Below, piece after piece: positions 18,766-30,662 of a stretch of DNA of 64,000 nucleotides. The notes under the pieces are model-generated. The model saw only the letters and a program-made list of their open reading frames with translations, did no database searches and was not told where the DNA came from. The position numbers and the translations under genes are program-made. How positions within the stretch are numbered: position 1 is the first letter of the stretch; each line of letters opens with the position of its first letter. Source of the DNA: an uncultured Alphaproteobacteria bacterium (GTDB lineage: Bacteria > Pseudomonadota > Alphaproteobacteria > ATCC43930 > CGMCC-115725); NCBI GenBank assembly GCA_963733945.1, contig CAVTFD010000015.1, forward strand, positions 26,728 to 90,727. Direction: 5' to 3'.

Positions 18766-20059
18766 ATTCTTTTCGCATCGCGGCGGTCAGCTGCACGCCG
18801 AGGGAGTTCCGATCGCGCAGATCGCCGCGGCGGTCGGCACCCCGTTCTACGTCTATTCGGCGGCGGCGTTCACCGCGCTATATCACCGCTTTACCGAGGC
18901 GCTCGCCGATCAGCAGCCGCTAATCTGCTATGCGGTCAAGGCGAATTCGAACCTCGCCGTATTGCGCCTGTTCGCCAATCTCGGCGCCGGCGCCGATGTC
19001 GTTTCGGAGGGTGAGCTGCGGCGCGCGCTCGCCGCCGGGATTCCGCCGCAGCGCATCATCTTTTCCGGCGTCGGCAAGACCCGAGCGGAGCATGCCGCCG
19101 CGCTCGACGCCGACATCCACCAGATCAACGTCGAATCGGTCCCCGAGCTGCGCCAACTCAGCCGGGTGGCGGCGGCGCGGGGCGTCACCGCCCGAGTCGC
19201 GATCCGCGTCAACCCCGATATCGACGCGAGGACCCTCAGCGACATCTCGACCGGGCGCAAGGAAGACAAGTTCGGCATCGCTTATGGCGACTGCCTGGCC
19301 GCCTATCGCCTCGCCGCCGACCTGCCGGGCATCGAGCCGGTCGGGTTGGCCGTGCATATCGGCTCGCAGATCGTCGACCTCGCACCCAGCCGCGCGGCGT
19401 TCCAGCGGGTCGCCGAGTTGGTGGTCGCGCTGCGCGTCGAAGGGTTTGCGGTGCGGCAGGTCGATCTCGGCGGCGGTTTGACGATCTCCTACGGCGATGA
19501 GGTTCCCGCGACCCCCGCCGCCTATGCCGCGACGGTGCGCGAGGTGTTCGGCGCGCTCGACCTGGCGCTGGCGTTCGAGCCGGGCCGCTTCCTGGTCGCC
19601 GCCGGCGGAATCCTGGTGGCGAGCGTCATCTGCGTCAAGGAAGGCGGCCGCCGCATCGTCGTCGTCGACGCAGCGATGAACGATCTGGTCCGGCCGGCGA
19701 TGTACAAGGCGGAACACCGGATCGTCCCGATCCGCGAGGCGGTGGCGGGTTCGGGCCTCTTTCCCGCCGATGTCGTCGGGCCGGTGTGCGAGACGACCGA
19801 CACGTTCACCCGCGATCGCCCGCTGCCGCCGCTCACCGAGGGCGACCTGATTGCGTTCCTCACCGCCGGCGCCTATGGCGCGGTCATGAGCTCCACCTAT
19901 AACAGCCGCCTCCTGGTGCCCGAAGTAATGGTGGCCGGCGACCGCTTTGACATCATTCGGGCGCGGCCGGGCTATCAAGCGCTGCTGGCGCTGGATACAA
20001 TTCCGCCCTGGCTCGAGCGCATCGCCCCTGAGCCGGCTCGGAAGCGAGGTGCCGCATGA
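18758..20059 (+). CDS. lysA: diaminopimelate decarboxylase
   Basis: 433 aa. YAVKANSN (PLP lysine), HIGSQ, CETTD and GAYGAVMSSTYNSR motifs. Confidence 0.95.
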   Translation: MGKFFSHRGGQLHAEGVPIAQIAAAVGTPFYVYSAAAFTALYHRFTEALADQQPLICYAVKANSNLAVLRLFANLGAGADVVSEGELRRALAAGIPPQRIIFSGVGKTRAEHAAALDADIHQINVESVPELRQLSRVAAARGVTARVAIRVNPDIDARTLSDISTGRKEDKFGIAYGDCLAAYRLAADLPGIEPVGLAVHIGSQIVDLAPSRAAFQRVAELVVALRVEGFAVRQVDLGGGLTISYGDEVPATPAAYAATVREVFGALDLALAFEPGRFLVAAGGILVASVICVKEGGRRIVVVDAAMNDLVRPAMYKAEHRIVPIREAVAGSGLFPADVVGPVCETTDTFTRDRPLPPLTEGDLIAFLTAGAYGAVMSSTYNSRLLVPEVMVAGDRFDIIRARPGYQALLALDTIPPWLERIAPEPARKRGAA

Positions 20060-22518
20060 CCGCCCGCCCGGCGAGAGCCCCGACTGGGTCCGCGCCTCTG
20101 CTTGCAACTCGGCTGCGCCTTGCTCGCGGTGCATTGCTGTGGGAGAGGCTCTGGCCAGTCTGCTGGCCTGCTCTTGCGCTCCTCGCCTTATTTCTAGTCC
20201 TGGTTCTGTTCGATTTGTTGCCGCTCCTCCCGGGCCTCGTCCACGCCGCGATCCTGCTCGCCTTCGGCGCCGGTTTTCTGCTCGCCCTCGGCATGGCGCT
20301 TCGTGACATCGTACTGCCCGATACCACTGCTGCCCGACGCCGCATCGAGCGCGCGAGCGGGCTGTTGCATCGGCCGTTGCAGGCATTGGTAGACCGGCCG
20401 AGCATGCCGCTCGACCCGCAAGCAACCCAACTGTGGGACGCCCACCAGCTGCGCATGCGGGCGCTGGTGCGCCGGCTGCGGATCGGGACGCCCGCCGCAG
20501 GACTCGCGGCGCGAGACCCGTGGGGTTTGCGAGCGGTGCTGGCATTGCTGCTGTTGATTGGCGCAGTCGATGCCGGGGACGATTGGCGCGACCGCCTGAT
20601 ACGCGCGGTAACCCCAGAGGTGACAGGCGGCACATCCGCGATCGCCGCCAGCCTCGACATCTGGGTCACCCCGCCCGAATACACCGGGCTGGCACCGCAA
20701 TTCCTGCGCCCGGAATACCGGCAGACGATCGTGGTGCCGATCGGCAGCAAGTTGCTCGCTCAGGTGCATGGCGGACGTTCGGTGCCGCGCCTGTCGATCG
20801 ATCGAAGTACCCACGACTTCGCCACAACCGACAAGCAAGATTTTCAAGCCCAAGCGACGTTGACTGCCGGCAAGCGGATCGAGGTCGCGCAGGGGGGGAC
20901 CCTACTCGGCGGTTGGCCGATCCGGATAATCCCCGATCGCCCGCCCGCCGTCGCTTTTGCCAAGCCGCCTGAGGCGACGGTGCGGCAAGCTCTACGGATT
21001 GATTACCGGGCCTCGGACGATTACGGGGTGGAGAGGGTCAAGGCGGTGATCCGGCGCCCTGGGGACAAGTCCGGCGACAAGATCGAGCTGGAGCTGCCCT
21101 TGCCCGGGTTGCATCTCAAGCAGGCGGAGTCGACCAGCTATCACGATCTGACGCCGGCCCTGTGGGCTGGGCTGCCGGTCGAGATCCGGCTCGTCGCCAG
21201 CGACGCGCTGGGGCAGACCGGCAAGAGCGAACCGGTGCATATGAAGCTGCCGGAGCGCTCCTTCGCCAACCCGGTTGCCCGCGCGATCATTGAGCAGCGC
21301 AAAGAGCTGGCGGCCAATCCGAGTTCGCGCTTGCCGGTAGCCGAGATTCTCGGAGATCTCCGCTCGCGCCCGCAGCTCTACCATGATGATATGGTCGTGT
21401 TTCTCGCACTTCGCGTGGCCCAAGAGCGGCTGCGCTTGCACGACGACGCGGCCGCGACCGCGCAGGTCGAGCAACTGTTGTGGGATACCGCCCTGCGTAT
21501 CGAGGACGGACAGGCCTCATTGGCGCAGAACGAGCTGAGGCGGCTGCAGCAGCAGCTGCAGGACGCGCTCGCAAAAAACGCGCCGGACCAGGAGATCGAG
21601 CGCTTGATGAGCCAGCTGAAGCAGGCGCTCGACCGTTATTTGCAGGCGCTCGCCGCGAACATGGCGCGCCATCCCGAGCAGAACCAACAGCCGCCTGATC
21701 CGTCCCAGCAGATGCTCACCAGCCGGGATCTCGAACATATGCTCGACCGTGCCGCCGAGCTGGCCAAAAATGGGGCGCGCGATCAGGCCCGCGAGCTGTT
21801 GTCGCAACTTCAGAATATGCTGGAAAATCTGCGCCTGGCGCGTCCTGGCCAGTCGCCGCAGGAGTCCAGTGAGGCGCAGCAGATGATGAGCGGAATGCGC
21901 CAGCTGATGCAACGCCAGCAGCAGCTGCTTGACCGCAGTTTCCGCGCCCAGCAGCAAGCCGAGCGAGGGCAGACGCCGGCTCCAGGCGATCAGAACGGCA
22001 TTCAGCCGAATGGCGCCGGCGATATAAGCGGCGCGGCCCAGCAGCAGGAAGAGCTCCGCCATACGCTGGGTGAGATGATGCGCCGGATGGGTGACGGGCT
22101 CGGCGAAATTCCCGACCCGCTGGGCCGTGCCGAGCGGGCGATGCGCGACGCGGCGCAGGCGTTGCGCGGCAGCCGGCGCGGCGCGGCGATCGGCCCGCAA
22201 ACCGACGCTCTGGATCAGTTGCAGCAGGCCCAGCGCGAATTCGCTCGGCAGATGCAACAGCGGCTAGGCGCCGCCTGGGGTGAGCCCCTGGAACGCGGGA
22301 CCGGAACCGGCCAGCCGCGTGACGGGGGCGACCGCGATCCGTTGGGCCGGCCGATGGCAAACGGAGGCTCTTACGATCAGGGCGACGTCAAGATTCCGGA
22401 TCTGGATATGATGCAGAGGTCCCGTCAGATCCTCGACGAGCTGCGCCGTCGCGCCGGCGAGCGCTACCGGCCGCAAATCGAGCTGGACTATATCGACCGG
22501 TTGCTGCAGCGGTTTTGA
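20056..22518 (+). CDS. large membrane-anchored low-complexity protein (alphaproteobacterial TIGR02302/DUF4175-like)
   Basis: 820 aa. N-terminal TM helices and a Gln/Arg-rich C-terminal coiled or low-complexity region. Its position directly after lysA matches the family as I remember it. Assignment is from memory of family features, not a search. Confidence 0.6.
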   Translation: MTARPARAPTGSAPLLATRLRLARGALLWERLWPVCWPALALLALFLVLVLFDLLPLLPGLVHAAILLAFGAGFLLALGMALRDIVLPDTTAARRRIERASGLLHRPLQALVDRPSMPLDPQATQLWDAHQLRMRALVRRLRIGTPAAGLAARDPWGLRAVLALLLLIGAVDAGDDWRDRLIRAVTPEVTGGTSAIAASLDIWVTPPEYTGLAPQFLRPEYRQTIVVPIGSKLLAQVHGGRSVPRLSIDRSTHDFATTDKQDFQAQATLTAGKRIEVAQGGTLLGGWPIRIIPDRPPAVAFAKPPEATVRQALRIDYRASDDYGVERVKAVIRRPGDKSGDKIELELPLPGLHLKQAESTSYHDLTPALWAGLPVEIRLVASDALGQTGKSEPVHMKLPERSFANPVARAIIEQRKELAANPSSRLPVAEILGDLRSRPQLYHDDMVVFLALRVAQERLRLHDDAAATAQVEQLLWDTALRIEDGQASLAQNELRRLQQQLQDALAKNAPDQEIERLMSQLKQALDRYLQALAANMARHPEQNQQPPDPSQQMLTSRDLEHMLDRAAELAKNGARDQARELLSQLQNMLENLRLARPGQSPQESSEAQQMMSGMRQLMQRQQQLLDRSFRAQQQAERGQTPAPGDQNGIQPNGAGDISGAAQQQEELRHTLGEMMRRMGDGLGEIPDPLGRAERAMRDAAQALRGSRRGAAIGPQTDALDQLQQAQREFARQMQQRLGAAWGEPLERGTGTGQPRDGGDRDPLGRPMANGGSYDQGDVKIPDLDMMQRSRQILDELRRRAGERYRPQIELDYIDRLLQRF

Positions 22519-22609
22519 GCGCGCCTCGCTCGAAGTCGTCGGGCCGGCGGATCATCGCCGGATTCGGCAGGACAGCGTTTTCTGGCCAAGACAGTTGAAA
22601 CTTGAGAGA

Positions 22610-23485
22610 TCAGAAAAACCCTTTGACCAGATCGAGGAACCCGTCGAGCCGGTCGTGGTGTACCCAGTGGCCGGCGTTTTCGAAGTTGACGACCTTGGCG
22701 TTGCGGAAATGCCGTACTCTGCCGTCGTCGAGCGGGTTCGAGGCCCAGCTTTCCTTGCCGTAGACGAGTAGCGTCGGGCATGTGATGTGCCCCCAAAGTT
22801 CCTCGATCTCGATCGGGGTCATCTCATAGGGTGGCTCGGCGCGCACGTAATTGTCGAACTTCCAGCTGTAAGTGCCGTCTTCGTTCTGGTTGACCCCGTG
22901 CTGGGTCAGATGGCGCGCCTGTTCCGGCGACAGATGCTGATTTTCATCCTGCATGCGCCGAAAGGCGTCCTCGATCGAGGCGTAACGCCGCGGCAATCGT
23001 CCGGAGAGCCCGCGCTGCTCGTCGATCCAGCTTTGCATCCGAATGGCGATGGAACGCTGTCGGCGCTCGCGAATTCGCCGCGGCGACGCGCCGAGCCCTT
23101 CGATGGCGACGAGCTTTGCGACGAAGTCGGGATAGATCCCAGCATAGCGCAGCGCGATCACACCACCTAGGGAGTGGGCGATGATGGTCACCGGCGCAAG
23201 CTCTTGCTGATGGATCAGCTGGGTGAGGTCATAGACGTATCCGGCGATCGTGTAGTTGCCGTCGGGCGACCACTGGCTGTCGCCGTGACCGCGCAGGTCA
23301 GGCGCCAGCACATGCCAGTCATGGCGGAGAGCCTCGGCGACCCAGTCCCAGTTACGGCAGTGATCGCGGCCGCCATGGACGAGCAGCAGCGGCGGCGCGC
23401 CCGGATTGCCCCAATCGACGTAATGCAGCCTCAGGCGCTGCGAGAAATAGATGCGCGAGGTCGGACCGGAGCTGTCGAGCGTCAT
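22610..23485 (-). CDS. alpha/beta hydrolase
   Basis: 291 aa. LLLVHGGRDH, nucleophile elbow AHSLGG, and a C-terminal GHWVHHD. Confidence 0.8.
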   Translation of the reverse strand: MTLDSSGPTSRIYFSQRLRLHYVDWGNPGAPPLLLVHGGRDHCRNWDWVAEALRHDWHVLAPDLRGHGDSQWSPDGNYTIAGYVYDLTQLIHQQELAPVTIIAHSLGGVIALRYAGIYPDFVAKLVAIEGLGASPRRIRERRQRSIAIRMQSWIDEQRGLSGRLPRRYASIEDAFRRMQDENQHLSPEQARHLTQHGVNQNEDGTYSWKFDNYVRAEPPYEMTPIEIEELWGHITCPTLLVYGKESWASNPLDDGRVRHFRNAKVVNFENAGHWVHHDRLDGFLDLVKGFF

Positions 23486-23818
23486 TCATCGGATCCCGTT
23501 ATTCTTTGATCGGCGGCGACCCTAGCGCCCGGAAAAGCGCACGAAAAGTCGGATCGACCAGCGACGATACGCAAAGACCCCCGTGCGCACTGATGCGTCA
23601 AGCGGGGGTCGCTGTTGCGAAGCCGTAACCTCGCGCCCGGGATCGAAGCCCGGGCTATATCTTGGACTTTATGCTCGGTTGCCGATGCCAAGTGGTCGGC
23701 AACTCGCACTTCCCGGGTGGCATCATGTCGATCGGACATCCTCCCGCTGAGTTGACGACAATCGATAATTTAGGACCCGCTCCGAACGCGGTCAAGAGAC
23801 GCGACCGGCCGACGGTCC

Positions 23819-23847
23819 TTGCAAAAGGCGGCCCGCTTCGTTACTTT
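23819..23847 (+). promoter_or_regulatory. candidate sigma70-type promoter of groESL
   Basis: TTGCAA (23819-23824), a 17-nt spacer, then TACTTT (23842-23847), placed just upstream of and abutting CIRCE. Confidence 0.3.
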
Positions 23848-23849
23848 TG

Positions 23850-23876
23850 TTAGCACTCCCTGATTAGGAGTGCTAT
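23850..23876 (+). promoter_or_regulatory. CIRCE operator (HrcA binding site)
   Basis: TTAGCACTC-cctgattag-GAGTGCTAT compared with the consensus TTAGCACTC-N9-GAGTGCTAA. It lies 39 nt upstream of groES. Confidence 0.85.
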
Positions 23877-23914
23877 AAGCCATCGTAACGTCCGGTATTT
23901 GATGGAGGTACCCC

Positions 23915-25863
<1,949 letters not shown>

Positions 25864-25887
25864 AAGTCGCCGCCTTAAGTCACGCCC

Positions 25888-25923
25888 GAGGCCGATGCCG
25901 CGAGGTGTCGGCCTCTTTCTTTG
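25888..25923 (+). terminator. intrinsic terminator after groEL
   Basis: GAGGCCGA (25888-25895) pairs with TCGGCCTC (25908-25915) and is followed by TTTCTTTG. Confidence 0.7.
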
Positions 25924-25927
25924 CCCT

Positions 25928-27076
25928 CTAGCGCGTGAGCAATACGACCAGCCGGGCGACGGCACCCGCAATTTGCGCGGCCATCGCGGCGTCGACGGCG
26001 TGCGGCCAGCGGTCCTGCGGCAGATGAAATAGAGGGTTGCTCCCGACCAAAGTCAGATAGCGTCCGCCGGCGCGGTGGATGTCGCGTGTTTCCCCGGACG
26101 GGACCATACTCGGGGGCGCGATTCGATCCGGTGCGCAGCCATCGCGGGTCAGTTCTTGGGCAGCGCGCGCCGCCAGATCCCCGCTTGCCGACTGCACCGA
26201 CAACTCACCTCCGACAGCGCCGATATTGGCCCCGTAATGAACCCAGGTCGCCCCGCCCAGTCGCTCCCACCCGGGGCGGCGGGCGCTGAAGTCGTCAAGA
26301 CCGAGATGGCCGAGTTCGTGACCGCTGTTGGCGGTAAAGACCGTGTCGCACGCCGGCGGAGCGGCGACGAGCGCGCGGAGAGTCTCGAGCCAGCACACGA
26401 GCCCACCGCCGCGTTCGGCGGTCGATTGCCACCATGAGCTGCGAGGTGTCATCACTACGAACGGCCTCCGTATCGGATCCCGGCCGGGGATCGCAAACAC
26501 GATATTGCGTGCGCAAGCCGGAGTGCGACAGCTGTCGACAACGAGCCGCGCCACGGCCCCCCGCGCTGCGCCGGCAAAGATCGCCTCTCGTGCCTCGCTC
26601 GGGAGCTGGATTGCCGGCGAGCCGTAGGGCCGAGTGAATTGCTCGGCATTCAACAGTCCGAGACCAGGCTGCTCACCCTTGCAGATGATAACCAGCCCAC
26701 GACGTCCCGCATCGCGCCGCAGCCTTTGGTAGTCGGGTGTGTAGACGATCCGGGGCGATAGCTCGGCGACTGCAATCGGGGCCTCGCCACCGACCAGACC
26801 GAGCGCGCCATCGACGCCGTCGGCGCCGGTCGCGGGCGCATCGAATACCGGCACCCCGGCGATGCGGACGCCGTCGACCTCCAGATAGGCCGCGATCGGA
26901 TCGAGGCGATCGAGCGCAAATTCCTCGCAAGTGGGGGCAGCAACCCCAAGCGCCGCCACCTCGCGGATCAGCCAGTCGGCGCCTGCCTCGTCGCCGGCGG
27001 TCGCAGTGCGGTGGATGCCTTGCGCATCCCAGGCGGCGAGCCATTTGGCCGCGCGGGCCTCGCCTTCGTCGCGCAT
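25928..27076 (-). CDS. hypothetical protein with M28-peptidase/PA-domain-like layout
   Basis: The track ORF (to 27667) overlaps the divergent SDR. The ATG at 27076 is preceded by GGAGGGGG. The layout NIVFAIPG...VVMTPRSSWW...AERGGGLVCWLETLRAL...FTANSGHELGHLGLDDF parallels M28 metal-ligand blocks, but the expected His/Asp/Glu ligands are not obvious. Confidence 0.6.
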   Translation of the reverse strand: MRDEGEARAAKWLAAWDAQGIHRTATAGDEAGADWLIREVAALGVAAPTCEEFALDRLDPIAAYLEVDGVRIAGVPVFDAPATGADGVDGALGLVGGEAPIAVAELSPRIVYTPDYQRLRRDAGRRGLVIICKGEQPGLGLLNAEQFTRPYGSPAIQLPSEAREAIFAGAARGAVARLVVDSCRTPACARNIVFAIPGRDPIRRPFVVMTPRSSWWQSTAERGGGLVCWLETLRALVAAPPACDTVFTANSGHELGHLGLDDFSARRPGWERLGGATWVHYGANIGAVGGELSVQSASGDLAARAAQELTRDGCAPDRIAPPSMVPSGETRDIHRAGGRYLTLVGSNPLFHLPQDRWPHAVDAAMAAQIAGAVARLVVLLTR

Positions 27077-27163
27077 ACCCCCTCCTTCCATACCAATGCG
27101 TCGGCACGATATCGGCCTCCGCATGGCGGCGCTATTCTGTTGGCCCAAGATGATCGGGAGGAG

Positions 27164-27934
27164 ATGATGGCCGGCTTGCTCGACGGAAAATCCGCGCTGA
27201 TCACGGGGGGCGGCGGAGGGATCGGCCGCGCAACGGCGCTCGCCTTTGCCCGAGAGGGCGCCCGTGTCGCGGTCGCCGATATCGCCGCCGACGCAGCGAG
27301 GGAGACCGTTGGGCTGGTCAACGCCGCCGGCGGCCAGGCGATATCGCTCTCGGGCGAGGTCACGCACGACCCCGAGGTCGAGGCGCTGATCCAAGGTGTC
27401 GTCGCCGCCTATGGCCGGCTCGATTGCGCCTTCAACAATGCCGGTATCGCCGGCTGGCAAGTCGAAGCCGCCGGCAAGAAGACCGCCGAGTGGTCCGAGG
27501 AAGCCTTCGATCGGATGATCGAGGTCAATCTGAAGGGGGTGTGGCTGTGCATGAGGCACGAGCTCAACCAGATGCAGGCCCAGGGTGGTGGCGCCATCGT
27601 CAACACTGCCTCGATCGCCGGGCTCACCGGTCTGCCGACCTCTTCGGCCTATGTCGCGGCCAAGCACGGCGTGATCGGTCTGACCAAGACCGCCGCGATC
27701 GAATACGCCGAGGCCGGAATCCGGGTGAACGCGGTCTGTCCCGGCTATATCAAGACGCGGATGACCGAGGAAACGATGCGGCGGCGCGGCGCGGCGATCC
27801 TCGCTCAGACCCCGCTGCGGCGCATGGGCAACCCGGAAGAGATCGCCGAAATGGTCGTCTGGCTGTGCTGCGACAGGGCGAGCTATGTCACCGGCGCCGC
27901 CTACAACGTCGACGGCGGCTATATGGCGGTGTGA
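27164..27934 (+). CDS. SDR-family oxidoreductase
   Basis: MMAGLLDGKSALITGGGGGIGRATA, NNAGI, and ASIAGL...SAYVAAKHGVIGLTK (YxxxK). Start at 27164 after GGGAGGAG. Confidence 0.9.
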   Translation: MMAGLLDGKSALITGGGGGIGRATALAFAREGARVAVADIAADAARETVGLVNAAGGQAISLSGEVTHDPEVEALIQGVVAAYGRLDCAFNNAGIAGWQVEAAGKKTAEWSEEAFDRMIEVNLKGVWLCMRHELNQMQAQGGGAIVNTASIAGLTGLPTSSAYVAAKHGVIGLTKTAAIEYAEAGIRVNAVCPGYIKTRMTEETMRRRGAAILAQTPLRRMGNPEEIAEMVVWLCCDRASYVTGAAYNVDGGYMAV

Positions 27935-27972
27935 AAATGGTGGTCTCGCCAGACTAAACAGGAGCCGTAGCC

Positions 27973-30292
27973 ATGGGTGATTTCGCGTTGGGTCAGCCGG
28001 TCCCGCGCTTCGAAGATCCGCGGCTGCTGCGTGGCGGCGGCCGCTATGTCGACGACATGGTCCTGCCGCGCATGGTTTTCGGCCATGTGCTGCGCTCGCC
28101 GCACGCTCATGCGCGCATTCGCTCGATCGACACGACGCAAGCCCAGGCGGCCCCGGGCGTGCTGGCGGTGCTGACCGGAGCCGATTGGGAAGCCGCGGGC
28201 TGGGGCGATCTGCCGTCTCCGAGCGGGCTCAAACTGCGCGACGGCTCGCCGTCGTTCCGGCCGCGGTTTCCCGCATTGGTCAAGGACCGGGTGCGCTGGG
28301 TCGGTGACTACGTCGCCTTTGTCGTCGCGCTGACCAAGGATCAGGCAGCCGATGCCGCCGAGCTGATCGCGGTCGATTACGAACCCCTGCCGGCGATCGT
28401 TTCGACCGCCGAAGCCGTCGAGTCCGGTGCGCGCGTGTGGGAGGGCAGTCCGGATAATGTCGCCTTCTTTCATACCGAGGGCGACGCGGCGGCGACCGCA
28501 TGCCGCATTTGCCGGCGCCGCGCATGTCGTGCGCCGCCGCTTCGTGATCAACCGTGTGACCGCCGCGAGCATGGAGCCGCGTGGCGCCATCGGCGATTAC
28601 AACCGCGCCGAGGATCGCTGGACCATCTACACGACCTTGCAACGCACTCACGGCTATCGCGCCGAATTGGCGAGGCAGGTGCTGAAAGTCCCCGAAAGCC
28701 GTGTCCGGGTCGTCGCCGGCGATATCGGCGGCAGCTTCGGCATGAAATCGGCGATCTACAACGAGGTGGCGCTGGTCCTGCTCGGCTCGAAGACGGTCGG
28801 CCGGCCGGTCAAATGGACCAGCACCCGCTCCGAGGCCTTCATGGGCGATGCGCAAGCGCGCGACAACGTGACCGAGGCCGAATTAGCGCTCGACCCTAAC
28901 GGGCATTTCCTTGCCTTGCGGGTGCGCACGACCGCCGCGGTCGGGGCCTATCCCCAGGCCGGTTCCAACGCCTTTGTCGCCAATCTGGGTACCCTGGCGG
29001 GAGTTTACCGCACACCCTCGGTCCGCGCCGAGGTGACCGCGGTCTACACGAACACTAACCCGGTGCGGGCCTATCGCGGGAACGGCCGGCCCGAGGCCGG
29101 CTATGTCATCGAGCGCATGGTCGACGAGGCCGCCGCCGAGATCGGTATCGACGCTATCGAATTGCGGCGGCGCAACATGATCCCGCCCGACGCGATGCCG
29201 TTCAAATCGGGGCTGACCTTCACCTATGATTGCGGCGAATTTGAAAAAAACCTCGACTTGGCGTTGAAGCTCGCCGATGCCGCCGGCTTCGAGCGTCGCC
29301 GCGCCGAGGCTCTCCGAAGTGGCAAGTTGCGCGGCTTCGGTCTCTCCAACACGATCGAGCGCGCTGCGGCGGGTGGGTTCGAGGCAGCGGAGATCCGCTT
29401 CGACCGCGGCGGCACGGTGACCTTGGTGTCGGGCTCGATCACCCAGGGCCAAGGCCATGAGACGGTCTACAAACAGCTGCTCTGCGACCGCCTCGGTATC
29501 CACCCCGATCAGGTGCATTACGTCCAGGGCGACACCGAAAAGGTCGCAAATGGCGAAGGCACCGGCGGCTCGCGTTCGGCCGCCCTGGGCGGGTCGGCGG
29601 TCTACCTCGCGACCGAGAAGATCGTGACCAAGGCAAAGGCGATCGCCGCTCACCTGCTCGGCGCCGAAGCGACCGAGGTGAATTTCGCCGATGGCCTTTT
29701 TACCGCACCGCGCTCTAATCGCGCGCTGACGGTTGGCGAGATCGCGACCGAGTTGTTCAACCCGCCGAGCCTGCCGGACGACATGGAGCCCGGACTGATC
29801 GCCGGGGCCACCTTCACCTCGAAGCAGCAGAATTTCCCGAACGGGGTTCATATCTGCGAGCTGGAGATCGACATCGATACCGGCGAGATCGAAATCCTGC
29901 GCTACAGCGTCGTCGATGATGTCGGCACGGTCATGAACCCGCTATTGCTCGAAGGTCAGATCTGCGGCGGCATCGCCCAGGGTGTCGGCCAGGTGCTGAT
30001 GGAGGATATCCGTTTTGATCCGGCCTCGGGCCAGCTGTTGACCGGCTCGTTCATGGACTACGCGATGCCGCGCGCGGGCGATCTTTCGGCGATCGAGTGC
30101 GAGAACAACCCGGTGCCGACCAAGACCAACCCGCTCGGCGTCAAGGGCGCGGGCGAAGCCGGCAATGTCGGCGCCTTACCGGCGGTCGGCAACGCGTTGA
30201 TCGACGCGCTCTCCCCGCTCGGCATCCGCCACGTCGAAATGCCCGCCACCCCCGAACGCCTCTGGCGCGCGATCCGGGAAGCGAGGCAATAG
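27973..30292 (+). pseudogene. xanthine dehydrogenase/CoxL-family molybdopterin-binding large subunit, split by an apparent +1 frameshift
   Basis: Frame 1 reads GQPVPRFEDPRLLRGGGRYVDD...HAHARIRSID...FFHTEGDAAATA. Frame 2 (track 28427..30292) continues AAFAGAAHVVRRRFVINRVTAASMEPRG...GGSFG...YRGNGRPEA. The junction is at about 28495-28502 (ACC GCA t GCC GCA). The combined length of about 773 aa is normal for the family. Confidence 0.85.
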
Positions 30293-30392
30293 GCCGGCGT
30301 ATTGGCGCCGCGCAGCGCCGCCGATCGAATCTCCACAATCTTGTTAGCGACTTAAGTCACTCAGGAACACGGTTCGGGAGGAGCGGACGGCG

Positions 30393-30521
30393 ATGAAAGT
30401 GACGATCGGCGGCATCTCGGCCGCGTGTTTCGAATTCCCTCAGCGGCGCGCGAAATTCCCGGCCCAAAGCCGCGAGGGGAGCCGGACACCGCACGGCAAG
30501 CGCCGCTGCTGTGAACCATAA
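30393..30521 (+). CDS. possible small ORF (42 aa), hypothetical
   Basis: The ATG lies 8 nt after GGGAGGAG. Sequence MKVTIGGISAACFEFPQRRAKFPAQSREGSRTPHGKRRCCEP has no recognisable family. May be noncoding. Confidence 0.2.
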   Translation: MKVTIGGISAACFEFPQRRAKFPAQSREGSRTPHGKRRCCEP

Positions 30522-30662
30522 AGTAAACTGTCACCGTAATTCCGTCACCCTAATCCCATGAAGCGTTTGCCGGCTTTTCCTGAATGCACATTATGCGACG
30601 TTGACGAAACCAGAACGGCGTGCCAGAAACAGAAGATGTAGATTTCGGGAAGGCTGGTTGCG

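Noticed and set aside
17498-20635. Very long antisense ORFs (17498..18796 -, 432 aa; 18920..20635 -, 571 aa). The same class includes 412..1545 -, 37407..39392 -, 43041..44210 +, 53067..54776 + and 21517..22257 -.
   Set aside because: They lie opposite clearly identified genes (argH, lysA, parE, adh, hppA and others). Their products are Arg/Pro/Gly/Ala-rich low-complexity strings with no motifs. These are typical stop-codon-poor shadow frames of GC-rich DNA.
21480-22110. Gln/Leu/Arg-rich repetitive-looking stretch inside the 820-aa ORF (possible repeat or IS fragment).
   Set aside because: It is in frame and codes low-complexity coiled-coil-like protein sequence typical of this protein family. 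There is no nucleotide-level tandem repeat.
23818-23850. Sigma32 heat-shock promoter (CTTG-N17-CyTATnT) in front of groES.
   Set aside because: A CTTG is present at 23818, but the -10 region (CGTTACT) does not fit. A sigma70-like promoter plus CIRCE explains the region better.
25928-27667. 579-aa minus-strand ORF and similar N-terminally extended track ORFs (hppA to 54719, thiL to 55966, yceD to 51678, tlpA to 17386, fabH to 49407, adh to 44081).
   Set aside because: The extensions overlap neighbouring genes or lack similarity. Internal ATGs with Shine-Dalgarno motifs give products of canonical length and N-termini.
30323-30358. tRNA-like T-loop fragment (GATCGAATCTCC) as an integration target, and the 10-bp palindrome GACTTAAGTC (30349-30358) at the left border of the low-GC islet.
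   Set aside because: There is no acceptor or T-stem pairing around the putative T-loop, so it is not a tRNA or tRNA remnant I can support. A single 10-bp palindrome is too weak to call an att site or operator.
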